A stretch of DNA of 64,000 nucleotides from a virus. Lineage: Duplodnaviria; Caudoviricetes. How positions within the stretch are numbered: the stretch's first letter is position 1; each line of letters opens with the position of its first letter. Positions 35,684 through 47,000 of the stretch are shown here, one piece after another. Where the stretch lies: IMG/VR virus record IMGVR_UViG_3300036982_000125, positions 1-64,000 of that record. One strand, given 5' to 3'. The notes beneath the pieces were generated by a model. The model was not told where the DNA came from, ran no database searches, and saw only the letters and a list, made by a program, of their open reading frames with translations. The translations under genes and the position numbers were made by a program.

Positions 35684-38600
35684 AATTTTTGTATGCTCTT
35701 ACTACAGAGCTGTTTTTGTAATTCTTTTTAACAGGTCCTCCATTCTTTTTATTAGCAACAATACCAGGAGTTTTACCTGCTGCTTCTAATGCATCCATCT
35801 CCTCATCTTCGTCTTTTCCTAAAGATCTAATTCCTACAATGTTTCCATTCTCATCATATGAAAATCCTTTTCCTTTAGCTAATCCTTTACCAGAATTGTT
35901 TCCTTTATCTCCACCTACAGTGGTATCAAAGAATTGTAATCCATTCCAGTTCTGAGCTCTACCACTCTTACCAAATCTATAGTTGTACATGTTTTCATAT
36001 ACACCTAATATTCTGTTCTCAAGTTTGTTCTTAGCATATTTATCAGAGATAGAATTAAGAGCAGCTTGTGTTGTAGCTTTAGTATTAGATAAAGCTTGTG
36101 CTTGTCTTTGATATTGTGTATCATAGATACCAAGGTTTGTAAGTTTAGCTTGATTAAGTATCTGTCTATTCTCACCATACACTTTATCTTTCATCTCTTG
36201 GTTAGCTCTAAATTGATTACCTAACACTTGTTGGTTAGCTTGATACTTCTGAGCATTTAGATTAGCTTGAGCTGCAGGATTATATCCTGATATTCTTTGC
36301 ATAGCTCTGTAGTCTGCTTGGTTAGCATTCAATTGATCTTGTAATGATATATCATAAGGCACACCAATCTCTGGTTGATATCCTTGAGCTGGTACTGGTT
36401 CTAATTGATTAGAAGACATTGCATACATCTCTGGATATAACTGTGCCATATCAAGAGCTTCTTGATCTGAAGGTCTTAAATAGTTAAGAGCTTGATTAGC
36501 ATAAATTTCCCAAGGGAATCTAGTTTTTCCTTTTGCTGGAGGTGCAGATGTTTCACCAGGAACAGTTGCTATGTATTCTTCTTCTGCATTAGCATGCGTT
36601 GATTTCTTATTCTCTTCAATTCTTGCAGTTACAGTCTCTTCTCCATATGCCCCATCCTCAGTTATACGTGCTGATGATCCATTTGCTTTAGCTCTAGCAT
36701 TAAATGCTTTTTGGAAATTCAATACATCTGCTTTCTTTTTAGGATCAAACGTACTCCAACCTGGATACCAAGAATTAGCTTTCTTAGCTTCTTCAAGCAT
36801 TGCTGGTGTCAACTTACCATGTAATCCTGTTTTAGGATCATACTTCTGACCTGTAGGAACATAACCAAGTGCTTTAGCATCTTTAGTTTCAGATTCTTTA
36901 TCAGAAAAAGTCTTTAGAGTTCTTTTATATTCTTTGCTCTTACCATCAGGTCCATATTTACCAGTCCAAGTAAATCCTTTTGATTTAGCTTCTGCATCAT
37001 CTTTAAATGATGTTGGAAATTTAGTAGTTTCTGTTGTAACTGTTTTACCATTTGCAGCTTTACTTATTGCATCTCCCCATCGTGCTTCTCTTGTTTGCAT
37101 AGCTTCTTTATCTATTTTAACTTTACCTCTTGCAAGATCATCAGCAACTAATCCATTTTCTTCTGCTGTATCATTGATTGCATTTTGTAAATGTGCTGCA
37201 TTAATTTTCTTGTCAGCAATATCTTTAAGTTTCATATTAGCTCCTTGTATGTTAGCTTGTAATGCTGTCATTTTAAGTTTATCAAATGATGTCAATGGTT
37301 CAAACCCATCTAACTCACTAGTTGATTTCTCTATAAGTCTATTTTGTTTTTCTTCACCTTTTGATAAATCAGCTACATAGTTCTTAAACTTCTTACCCTT
37401 AGCAGATTTATCTCCTAACAAATCTATATATTGATTAGGTATTTTAAGGTTACCAAATACCACACCAGACTTTTGAACTTCTCCTGTTTCAGGATCTACT
37501 ACACCACCTTCTTCTAATTCTACCATAGGCTCTCCTCTTTCAACTTCTACTGGATTACCACCATAAGTAACACCAATACCAGTTTCACCATTAGGAGAAT
37601 ATTCTTCATGACTCTTACCTCTAAACATAACTGTTTCTCCAGATCCTGGTAGATAAGGATTTTGTGAAATAGTCTCAGCTCCTCCACCCCAATGTGTTTG
37701 TAACTCTCCACCTAATCCATATGATTTAACTCCTCCACCATCTTCGTATGTTTCCATAGCTCTTTCACTAGGAGGTGTATAAGATTTTAAATGTCCACCA
37801 GCTCTAAACTCATCTTTGTGTGCATAGTCAGCAAAGTCTTGTGCATTAACATCACCAAACATTGTTATCACTTGTGGATTGTATTCAGGATTCATATACC
37901 CACCATCTTCATAGTTAGCAATATCACCACCATCTCTTACGTATGATGAATTTCCTGCATTCAATGATTGGAATCCAGAGTTAAGACCCATCTTTGTTAT
38001 ATTTCTTTGTGTAGCTGCTTGAGCCTTCTTCATTCTCTTACCATTTGTATCTAAAGCATTACCTGCTATACCACCAACAAATCCACCAATTGCTCCACCA
38101 ATAGGTCCACCAATAAGAGTACCTGCAGTGCCTCCTATTGTACTACCAATGTTTCCACCAGCATTTTGTCCACCCATTGCTGTTTGACCTATGTTTGTAG
38201 CTATACCACTAATTTGTCCATACATGTCTGGAGACATTCCACCACCATCTTGCATACTATGTAATCTTCCACCATGATAAAAAGATTTAACTTGGTTTGA
38301 ATCATTTAATGGTTCATAACCACCATCTGTATAAATATCATATCCATCATTATATGTATTTTGTATCTCTGTAGGATTACCTCCTATCATTCCACCACCT
38401 TCTAATCTAACACCATTTCTAGCAAGTACATTTGTACCTACACCATATATAGGAAAGAACTCTTCGCCAGTATTTTGTATATCTTCTGGTCTTACATACT
38501 TTCTTTTTATTTGTTCTGGTCTACTTTCTGATGCTTTTAATGTAATATCACTTACAGCTTTTTGTTGTTCAGCAGCTCTTCTTGCTGTTTTCTCTTTACC

Positions 38601-39320
38601 TAAAGCTTGAAATCCTTCATATATTTTTCCAACAGGTCCTGCATATTTTGAAATACCACCAAGTATACTATCAAGACCACTTTGTTCAGGACCACCTTGT
38701 AATTGTTGTGCTGTAGGTAATGCTGCACTTGGTCCTTGTTGTGGAAGTTGTGATAATCCTGCAGGTTGTAAACTTCCTACACTTTGAAGTGGTTGTTGTT
38801 GAGGACCAGCATATGTCTGTGCACCTTGTCCATAGTTTAATGATCCTGCTCCATTCCAACCAACTTGTGCTCTAGGAATATCAGCTCCATATCTAGCACC
38901 ACCAAGCATACTCATTAATCCTTCACTACCACCACCGCCTCCACTAAGCATACTCATAAGACCACCAGATCCTCCAGCACCACCACCTAATTGTCCAAGT
39001 ATAGAACTAATTGCATCTCCACCACCTCCACCAGCAGCAGGAGCAGGATTAGCAGATTGAATAGCAGCTTGATCAACAAGTTGTTTCTGTCTCATCTCAT
39101 CTGTCATACCAGTTACATCCATATCTGCTTGATCATAGAAATCTTTTAAAGCAATCATCTTAGGATTTAAGGTTTTATCACCTCCACTAATAATGGTTCC
39201 CATCTGAGCTTTCTTAAAAGCTTTACCATGTTGTTTCATGAATGCTTCCTCTGAAGGATATTTCTTGTAGAACTCCTTTTCAGATTTAACTCCTGCTATT
39301 TTTAAAATTTGTGCCTTCAT
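35679..39320 (-). CDS. Cargo/ejection protein with Gly-zipper membrane segment and many xxxGG motifs
   Basis: 1213 aa; GGNIGSTIGGTAGTLIGGPIGGAIGGFVGGIAG; repeated YEDGG/MQDGG/YGLGG/AQMG motifs. Confidence 0.6.
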   Translation of the reverse strand: MKAQILKIAGVKSEKEFYKKYPSEEAFMKQHGKAFKKAQMGTIISGGDKTLNPKMIALKDFYDQADMDVTGMTDEMRQKQLVDQAAIQSANPAPAAGGGGGDAISSILGQLGGGAGGSGGLMSMLSGGGGGSEGLMSMLGGARYGADIPRAQVGWNGAGSLNYGQGAQTYAGPQQQPLQSVGSLQPAGLSQLPQQGPSAALPTAQQLQGGPEQSGLDSILGGISKYAGPVGKIYEGFQALGKEKTARRAAEQQKAVSDITLKASESRPEQIKRKYVRPEDIQNTGEEFFPIYGVGTNVLARNGVRLEGGGMIGGNPTEIQNTYNDGYDIYTDGGYEPLNDSNQVKSFYHGGRLHSMQDGGGMSPDMYGQISGIATNIGQTAMGGQNAGGNIGSTIGGTAGTLIGGPIGGAIGGFVGGIAGNALDTNGKRMKKAQAATQRNITKMGLNSGFQSLNAGNSSYVRDGGDIANYEDGGYMNPEYNPQVITMFGDVNAQDFADYAHKDEFRAGGHLKSYTPPSERAMETYEDGGGVKSYGLGGELQTHWGGGAETISQNPYLPGSGETVMFRGKSHEEYSPNGETGIGVTYGGNPVEVERGEPMVELEEGGVVDPETGEVQKSGVVFGNLKIPNQYIDLLGDKSAKGKKFKNYVADLSKGEEKQNRLIEKSTSELDGFEPLTSFDKLKMTALQANIQGANMKLKDIADKKINAAHLQNAINDTAEENGLVADDLARGKVKIDKEAMQTREARWGDAISKAANGKTVTTETTKFPTSFKDDAEAKSKGFTWTGKYGPDGKSKEYKRTLKTFSDKESETKDAKALGYVPTGQKYDPKTGLHGKLTPAMLEEAKKANSWYPGWSTFDPKKKADVLNFQKAFNARAKANGSSARITEDGAYGEETVTARIEENKKSTHANAEEEYIATVPGETSAPPAKGKTRFPWEIYANQALNYLRPSDQEALDMAQLYPEMYAMSSNQLEPVPAQGYQPEIGVPYDISLQDQLNANQADYRAMQRISGYNPAAQANLNAQKYQANQQVLGNQFRANQEMKDKVYGENRQILNQAKLTNLGIYDTQYQRQAQALSNTKATTQAALNSISDKYAKNKLENRILGVYENMYNYRFGKSGRAQNWNGLQFFDTTVGGDKGNNSGKGLAKGKGFSYDENGNIVGIRSLGKDEDEEMDALEAAGKTPGIVANKKNGGPVKKNYKNSSVVRAYKNL

Positions 39321-39321
39321 A

Positions 39322-42300
39322 TTAATTGTATTTGTTTAACCATCCACCGACAGTTGGTTTATTATAATTGGTAAAGTTAGTCAATTGGTCTAAGTTCTCC
39401 AAACCTTTTTGTTCTTGTCTTAATCCATTCTTAGCCATAGGAAACTCATCAACATATTTAGTACCTTTTTTATATTTATGTTTCTCTCCTGGATACATTA
39501 TTTTTCTTTCTCCTTTATCTGATATTCCTAATAATGGTTGTGTTAATGGTTCATCTGTTAAAGGATCTGGACCCATGTCTATATATGATCCTGGTTCACT
39601 TTGATTAATTCTTGTTGGTTCTCCTTTATGTTCTCCCCATTGTCCTCTATCATCTTTAATGATTCCTCCTTCTTCAAATTTAGGATAATTTTTTAAATTT
39701 TCAATTTGTTGTTCCCATGCTTTTATTCTTTCTGGCCCTTCCCATGCAGTATGTTCAATAGGTCTAAGTGATTCAATTTCACCTTGTAATGCTAATTTTA
39801 AATCATCTACATAATGCGTAGATGAATAAGGTAGATTACCATGTGACATAAAAGGTTTTCCAAAAACTTTACTTACAGGAACTGTTACACCTCTTGGAGA
39901 TTGCATACCTTGAGCATTTGTTTTATAAAAAATATTTTCTAATAAAGTATTTCCTGAAATTTTATTTGGAACTACATCTTTTAAATTAAGATGAGGATCT
40001 AAATCCCATACATCATTATATTGTGTTCCTTCTTTTGTCATTACTTTATTATAACCACCCATTATACGTCTTTCTCTATCTACAGCTATAGGATTTTCTA
40101 ATATATCCATAAACCTACCTCTACTAACTCCTGATGGATATTCTGGAATATCTCCAAGTACTCTTTTTGAATTAATGTTATAAATATCCATTCCTTCTAA
40201 AGAACCTGGTTTATATGAAGGATGTATTGCTGGTGCAGTATCTGCTATACCAAATGTTTTATGTACTTGTGGTCTTCCTAAATATAACTTCCAAGCGTCT
40301 AATCTTTCAGGATCAATTTTATTTATATCTACCCCACCTTGTTTTATATTATTAATTGTCTGTGACAATTTAGTTCCATTATTTGTTCCTGTATAACCAT
40401 AAGGTGTTATATATTTTTCAGCAAGTTCTGATACTATAGGAGTATATCCTTTTCTTTGATTAGAAGTTATACCTACTTGCTCCATTTGCTTTTTAGCTAT
40501 CTCATAATCACTAAGTCCTTGTAACTGTCCTTCTTTTTTTATTTTACTTAAACTTGTATTAATATTTAATTCATTTGATACTTTTCCTATCAGTCCTTCT
40601 TCTGGACCTAATGCTCTTCCTAATCTTTTTGCAGCAGGAATACCAATAGGCAAAGCCATAAGAGCATCTATTGCAGCACCTTTATAATCACCTTCAGCTA
40701 TATGTCCAGGCATTTTAAAAGCTCCTTGTAATGCACCAATTGCTGCTCCTTCAGGAGTGAAATATCCTGGAGACATTAATGGAGACTTGTAAACTTCTTC
40801 CATATTTCCTTGCACCCAATCTTTACGTGCTTGTAATTCTGAAGCTTCTTGTGCTTGTTTATTTTCTTCTATAGCTCTTTGTTCTTTTTCTTTATCTGTA
40901 GCTATTTTACCTATCTTAGGTGTAACAGTTCTTGTATTATCTTTTTGTGTAACAGTAGTTTCTTTACCTCTGCCTTTGCTCTGTTGAATCTTTCTATTCA
41001 TTGCATCATTTTGGATGCTTCTTATAGAAGGATGAGACTCTCTAAATTTATCTAAAATATCACCATCTTGTGCTTTATCATATTTAGATAACCAAGATCC
41101 ATTCTTACTAATAGTCTTAGGTTGCCAATCTAATCCATTCTGATAGTATTGCATCTCTTTACCATTCTGTGCAGAAGCATCTGTAACATCAACTTTATTT
41201 CTATGTGGTCCTTTACTAGGAGCAGCTCCTTGTGTACGTGCATATGAGAAACCTGGAGCTCCTGCTATGGTTCCACCCATTGCAAATTTCTCTTGAGGAA
41301 ATATTATTGTTTCTCCTTTCTCAACTGCTGGATGTCTAGTTTCACTTTCCCATTTATCAGCTTCTTGCCATGTTTTAAATGGACCACCTAGATGTTCTCC
41401 TGTTTTTCTAAATTCATCAACAGGATCATATATAGGATGACCATATTTAAAGTTAGGAACTAAATAAGCTGGTTCTCCATTTTCTCCACCAATTGTTCCA
41501 GCTCTTTCAGTACTAGGATCAGAATAAGGAATTCTATATCCCTCTGGTAACTTATCACTAGTTGGTTGTAAGAAAGTTAATTCTTTTCCTTCTTGTGCTT
41601 GAGGAACATAATTAACTGGATAGACAGATCCACCCATTTGATAATTAGGAGTTAGTTCTACATCTTGTCTTAATTGTTTTAATCTTTCTTGTGCTTTAGG
41701 ATTTTTACTGTTTCCGTATTTATCCTGTATAGATTGATTATATGCATCAGCAGCTCGCATAGCTTCTGTTGCTTGTTCTACACTAAGACCTTGTTGATCA
41801 TAATTATAATAATCACTAGGACCATTTATTGTTTGTCTTTGAGATTTTACATCATAATATTTAGCACGTCTAACTTCTGGATGTATTTCTGCATCAGCAT
41901 CTATATTAAAATCACCTTGTACTAATCCTGATGGTTGTAGATTGTTTTGTATTCCTTGTATAGGTTGTCTTTGAATAGGTTCAAATCTTCCTTCTCCTTC
42001 TCCTGTGTGTATAGTTTTATATTGAGGAGCATTGTTATCTTTTACTATTACTTGTTGTTGTGGTTTTTTATAAACAGGATAGTTATATAGTACCTCTTTT
42101 TTATCATCACTTTCTACTGTAATAAGCCTACTAGGTTTAATAGGGCCAGTAAAACCAACTGCTTTATTATAACTTATGTTTTTATTTCCAAAGTCTTTAA
42201 TAGCATCTTTAGTAGCATTATAACCTTTATTGTACAAAGATAAACTATCTTGATAAGCTTTATATCTAGGATCATTTTTTGATTCTACATATTTAACTTT

Positions 42301-42477
42301 CTTTCCTTTCTGAGCCATAGAAATTTCTCCTCCTTCTTGAAACTGTCCACCCCACGCAGGAGAATAGTTTCTACCTTTCATAGAATATCCTTCTCCTTCA
42401 TATCCTTTAGGAACAGAGGTATTGGAATCATTATAATTCTCTTGTTTACCGTAATTATCTAACCAACCTTTTGCCAT
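39322..42477 (-). CDS. Mosaic cargo protein with xxxGG-bounded segments
   Basis: Probable start is MAKGWLDNY at 42477, 1 nt after the HEG stop; the longer track start overlaps the HEG. Motifs FQEGG, YQMGG, FAMGG, AQDG, FEEGG. Confidence 0.55.
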   Translation of the reverse strand: MAKGWLDNYGKQENYNDSNTSVPKGYEGEGYSMKGRNYSPAWGGQFQEGGEISMAQKGKKVKYVESKNDPRYKAYQDSLSLYNKGYNATKDAIKDFGNKNISYNKAVGFTGPIKPSRLITVESDDKKEVLYNYPVYKKPQQQVIVKDNNAPQYKTIHTGEGEGRFEPIQRQPIQGIQNNLQPSGLVQGDFNIDADAEIHPEVRRAKYYDVKSQRQTINGPSDYYNYDQQGLSVEQATEAMRAADAYNQSIQDKYGNSKNPKAQERLKQLRQDVELTPNYQMGGSVYPVNYVPQAQEGKELTFLQPTSDKLPEGYRIPYSDPSTERAGTIGGENGEPAYLVPNFKYGHPIYDPVDEFRKTGEHLGGPFKTWQEADKWESETRHPAVEKGETIIFPQEKFAMGGTIAGAPGFSYARTQGAAPSKGPHRNKVDVTDASAQNGKEMQYYQNGLDWQPKTISKNGSWLSKYDKAQDGDILDKFRESHPSIRSIQNDAMNRKIQQSKGRGKETTVTQKDNTRTVTPKIGKIATDKEKEQRAIEENKQAQEASELQARKDWVQGNMEEVYKSPLMSPGYFTPEGAAIGALQGAFKMPGHIAEGDYKGAAIDALMALPIGIPAAKRLGRALGPEEGLIGKVSNELNINTSLSKIKKEGQLQGLSDYEIAKKQMEQVGITSNQRKGYTPIVSELAEKYITPYGYTGTNNGTKLSQTINNIKQGGVDINKIDPERLDAWKLYLGRPQVHKTFGIADTAPAIHPSYKPGSLEGMDIYNINSKRVLGDIPEYPSGVSRGRFMDILENPIAVDRERRIMGGYNKVMTKEGTQYNDVWDLDPHLNLKDVVPNKISGNTLLENIFYKTNAQGMQSPRGVTVPVSKVFGKPFMSHGNLPYSSTHYVDDLKLALQGEIESLRPIEHTAWEGPERIKAWEQQIENLKNYPKFEEGGIIKDDRGQWGEHKGEPTRINQSEPGSYIDMGPDPLTDEPLTQPLLGISDKGERKIMYPGEKHKYKKGTKYVDEFPMAKNGLRQEQKGLENLDQLTNFTNYNKPTVGGWLNKYN

Positions 42478-42478
42478 T

Positions 42479-43180
42479 TTACTTGTAAGAGATTTGTGCT
42501 TTCCAGATATACCCTCCAGAAGTTTTTGTTTTACCCTGTACACAATGTCTTATTGATGTTGGGTGTAAATTTATTTCCTTAGCTGCTATGGTAGCACTTT
42601 GCCATTCTCTAATAAAATTACCTTCTAAATCATATTGATTAATTGGTTTTGAATTAGCTAAGATTTGACCTTTGTATAATTTTTCTAAGTGTTCTTTAGA
42701 AGTTTTTTTACCTTTATGTGAATTAGATATTTTAAGTTTAGTTTCTTCACTATGTAAATATCCTTTTCTTGATTCATTTCTTTTTTGTTTTTCTTCTTGA
42801 GACTGTTTTCTACCAGTCATAAATATTTTATGTTTTTCAATTTTTTCTTTACTAGGTATATAACCTATGAACCCATCTCCTCCATCGGTCATATTAGATA
42901 ATATTCCAGTATTGTTATTTATTCTACCATATAAAGATATAAACTCTATTTCTTTTTCTTTTATAAATTCATAATCATCTGACTCAAAAAGAATTTCTAT
43001 TTCATAAGAAGTTTTATTAACTATATTATTCCAAATATAAGATTCCTTTCTATTTGTTTCATGAGCTCTTCTATATTCTGACTTAACACTATTATGTGTT
43101 CTAGGTTGTTTAGTACCAATTCCAATATAGAAAGGTTCATTTTTATCAAGTCTTATGTGTCTATATAAATAATGTCTCAT
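42479..43180 (-). mobile_element. Free-standing GIY-YIG homing endonuclease (with NUMOD3 and NUMOD1/IENR1 domains)
   Basis: YLYRH..LDKNEPFYIGIG...EIEFI...NMTDGGDG; HSEETKLKISNSHKGK; KPINQYDLEGNFIREW.S...A. Confidence 0.85.
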
Positions 43181-43182
43181 AA

Positions 43183-44049
43183 TTATTTGTATGAAATCTG
43201 TGTTACTCCCAACATAAATTGGCTTACTAGATGAGTTGTTGATGTGTTATCTAATATATGTCTCACTTTTAATTCTTTTGCTCTTAAAGGAGATTTCTTA
43301 AAGCTTCTAGGACCATAGTCCATGTTAGCTTGGTTTACTATCTTATCAACAGAAAGACTTTCACAAGTTGTTCTAAACAATGGAATCTGAGAACTTTTCT
43401 CTGCAGCCCAGAATGTATTATACTGATAGAAGTTATCACTTTTAGTATAAGTGATAGTTTTGCTTTCAGCATTCAATATAGGATATTGCAAGTAAGCTTT
43501 TAAATTATGAAGAGGCTTAGCCACAAGCTCTAACACACCAGAACTCTGTTGTCCATTATATAAAATAGCTTTGTTAAACCATTTATCATTTGTTTCTATT
43601 CTTGTGTTATCATCAAACACACCATCAAATATTGGAAGATATTCAAATGCTCTAGTATAGTCTTTTACATTCTGTAAGATTTCATCTTGGAATTGATATG
43701 AAAAAGGATACTCAATTATGTATGGTTGTATGTTTCCATAGAATGTGTTGTAAAGACTTATGTTAGTTAAGTGTCTCCATATACATGCTGTCATAGTTTG
43801 TGAAAATTGAACAGTAGCATATTGTTCTGTTGTTATAGGAGCAAGAGTTACTACCTTTTCCACCTTACAACTTCCTGTAGATTTTATAACAAGTAATGTA
43901 ACATTATCATTTACAGTGTAACTAATACCAGCAATAAGAGTTCTCTTAAGAACATCTTGTGCTATTATATTACCAAACTGATCAGAGATGGTGAATGGTC
44001 CAGTATTAGGGCCAGCCTTTGTTAATTTTATGGTTATAGTCTTTGACAT
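43183..44049 (-). CDS. Tail protein; GPF-type N-terminal module fused to what looks like the C-terminal part of the muzzle/stabilisation protein
   Basis: 288 aa; ITIKLTKAGPNTGPF, then IWRH...YNTFYG..PYIIE...FNKAILYNGQQSSGVLEL. Confidence 0.5.
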   Translation of the reverse strand: MSKTITIKLTKAGPNTGPFTISDQFGNIIAQDVLKRTLIAGISYTVNDNVTLLVIKSTGSCKVEKVVTLAPITTEQYATVQFSQTMTACIWRHLTNISLYNTFYGNIQPYIIEYPFSYQFQDEILQNVKDYTRAFEYLPIFDGVFDDNTRIETNDKWFNKAILYNGQQSSGVLELVAKPLHNLKAYLQYPILNAESKTITYTKSDNFYQYNTFWAAEKSSQIPLFRTTCESLSVDKIVNQANMDYGPRSFKKSPLRAKELKVRHILDNTSTTHLVSQFMLGVTQISYK

Positions 44050-44050
44050 A

Positions 44051-47000
44051 TTAGCAAGGTCCGTTATTAGTTAATGTTACATCCATTGAAGTTGATATAC
44101 AACATCTTGCACAGAAAGTTGTAGATGAAGGTCCTCCTCCTGCATTACCTACATTTACGGTTGCTGGTAATCCTGCACAATCTGTATATGGTACTGAAAC
44201 TACACCCACTGTAGATTTAATAACAGTGAACGATGTACAAGGTAATGTAGTGGTGGTGGTGGTAGTAGATGGTACAACACATGGTACTATTTCAACAATC
44301 ACTCCTGCTACAACATGATATACATCTGTTGTTGTATTTGCACTTTCATCTGTAAAGTACCAACCATCAGGTATTACATCACAATTAGTTGTGCCATTAT
44401 TTACATATACTGTTTGTGATAATGTAAGACTAAATGCATCTCCAATAATTTCTGTATATACAAATTCTGTATTTGTTGTTACATATGTAATTGCATTACA
44501 TGCATCTACTTGACTTGCTGTTGAAACAACATTTGATGGTGGATCTATTATATCATATCCTGTAACTAATGTAAATGGTCTTAATCCCTGAGGTCTTGCA
44601 CAAACTGGAGGAACTGTAATTACACCTGTTCCTTCTAATTCACAATATGTTATTCTTCCTTGTCCAACTAGTAAACAATTTAAAGATGTTGATGTAGTAC
44701 TAGTAGTAGTTGTTATAATAGATTGTGTACTAGTAGTAGTTGTTGTACTAGGTGTAGGAACTATTTCTCCTGCAATTATATCAAACTCATCACAACATCC
44801 ATTGATTCCTGAATAGAAGAAATTGTTTTCTGCTATATAGAAATTAGGAATATAACTATGAAAAGAAATCCAACTCTTGGTATTCATATTATATGAAAGT
44901 GTCCAAGACTTATTACAGAAGTATTCTTTATCTGTTAAATACACTTGTGTTCTAAATGTAAATTCATTTATTGTTTCTTCAATATAGAATTCTCTAAGTA
45001 TAGGGTCATATTTAATATTAGGATCTAATGGAATGTAATCAAGTTTTGATATAATAACTCTATCAAACTTACTATCATATACACCATGGAGTCCTATACC
45101 TGTAAAGTTATTATCTATATTTACATCTGGATAATATCTTAATATTTCAAATGCTAAATGATCTGTAAAGAATCTATTCATTCCAGAACCAAATGCAGAT
45201 AGATCTACTGATTCAGTACCAGAGATTAAGAACACTTGTCCTCTCTTAGCATCTACAGTAATCTGTCCTTGTGGTATTTTTAATAAGAATTTGTTTTGAC
45301 TTCCTACATATCCAAGATCTGTTTCAGCAAAGTCAATTGGAGGAGCACCTTTAAACAATGCTGGATTACCTACATAGGCAGCTTGTGGATTACTTGTATC
45401 AATTGTTAATAGATTATTATACATCAATGTCTTATTTTCAAATCTAGCTAATACAGCTTTGTTTTGAATACCATCTAATGATATTAAGTTTCCAAAGTTT
45501 TGAGGAAAGTCAAAATATGATAATGCTCTATATGTTAACCAACTATTCACTTTATTATCTGAATCTATATTTTGTGAATCAGAATAGATTGCTCTAAATG
45601 GATAATATGTATAACATAACTGAGTAGTCCAATCTGGAGGAAGATGTGTAAATACATTTTCTCTATTTTGTTTAGAGAATGTTACATTATATGTATATGT
45701 ATTATCGTTTGCTATAGATACATAAGTTTCCTGTACCCAATCATCAGGAATACCTGTTGATACATGAGGCCAGAAATCTCCTTCTCTATTATTAAATGCT
45801 TGTCTAAGATCTGTATTATAAGAACTCTCACAATAGAAGTTAGGAATACCATATGCAAACAAATAGAAGTATCCATCATAATATGTTCTATTAGGATTAT
45901 TATCTGGAGGACCAGGCAATTGACTATTAGGACAATCAAAATTATGTGCTTTATATGATATAATATTTGTTAATGTACCTATACCACCAGGTTGCACTGT
46001 ATAATCTTTTAGTATAGATCTAGCAGAGTGCCAGTATGCTGGATAAGCTATGTTACCAATCTCATCATAGAATATATCACTATCATCAGGAGCGTTAACT
46101 CTATTGTCAATAAAGAATGGAAGCTTAGTCTTAAATGCAAATCTAGAAATAAATGTATCTCCACCAAAAACTATTGAGTTTCCTGTTGAATAAATATTTG
46201 TTTGGAATCCTGTATCAATTGTTTCATAAGAATATATTTGTCCCCATTGATTTATAAATTCATTTTTTAATGAAGCATAATATGAAACTACACGTAAGTC
46301 TTGTTCTTTCTCTGGAGAAGCACATGCGTCTGTATCTCCAATAGTAAATCTAGAATAATCTGTAACTTTAGGACTTCCTGAAACAATCATGTTAGGACTA
46401 TTACTAGGAAATGGTAATGGAGGTACTGATGTAATACCATCTTCTCTAAAATCTTCTGTTCTTAAATAAACTGAAGATTCTCTTCTATAGTTATTAACAG
46501 GGAATGTATCTCCTACAGATTCAACTCCAGGAATAAGATATCTTTTTATATCTAAGTTTCTTTGTTTAACTCCTTGGTTATTAGGTATAGATTCTGAATA
46601 GTTATAATCAGCAATTGAATTAAATGATTGAGCATAGTTTTTTCTTGTAATACCATTTACATATATAGTTAAATATGCTTGATATACAGTGAACATTGCT
46701 GTAGCATTAAATCCTGTACTTATAGATCCAACATCTTGAGCACTTTTTAAAGCATCTCGTTGAGCTTCTTCTGTAAGTAATTTATATTTAGCATTACTCT
46801 TCACTTGAGTAAAATGTGCCTTCCCTCCACCAAATATTACATTTTCTAACTTAAGAATATTTCCTAAGAACGGTTGTCCAAAAGAAGTTTCTGGTGAATT
46901 AAAGACTTGTCTGTATGCTAAGTTTGGATTAGCGGTTATTGCTTTTTGAGGAACTTCTTCTTTACAATCAGGAATTCTAATTTTGGTAATTAAACGAAAT

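Noticed and set aside
42479-43180. Group I intron or intein around the homing endonucleases (also 51492-51962)
   Set aside because: Both HEGs abut neighbouring genes with only 0-3 nt gaps or overlaps, leaving no room for an intron core; they are separate ORFs without splice residues.
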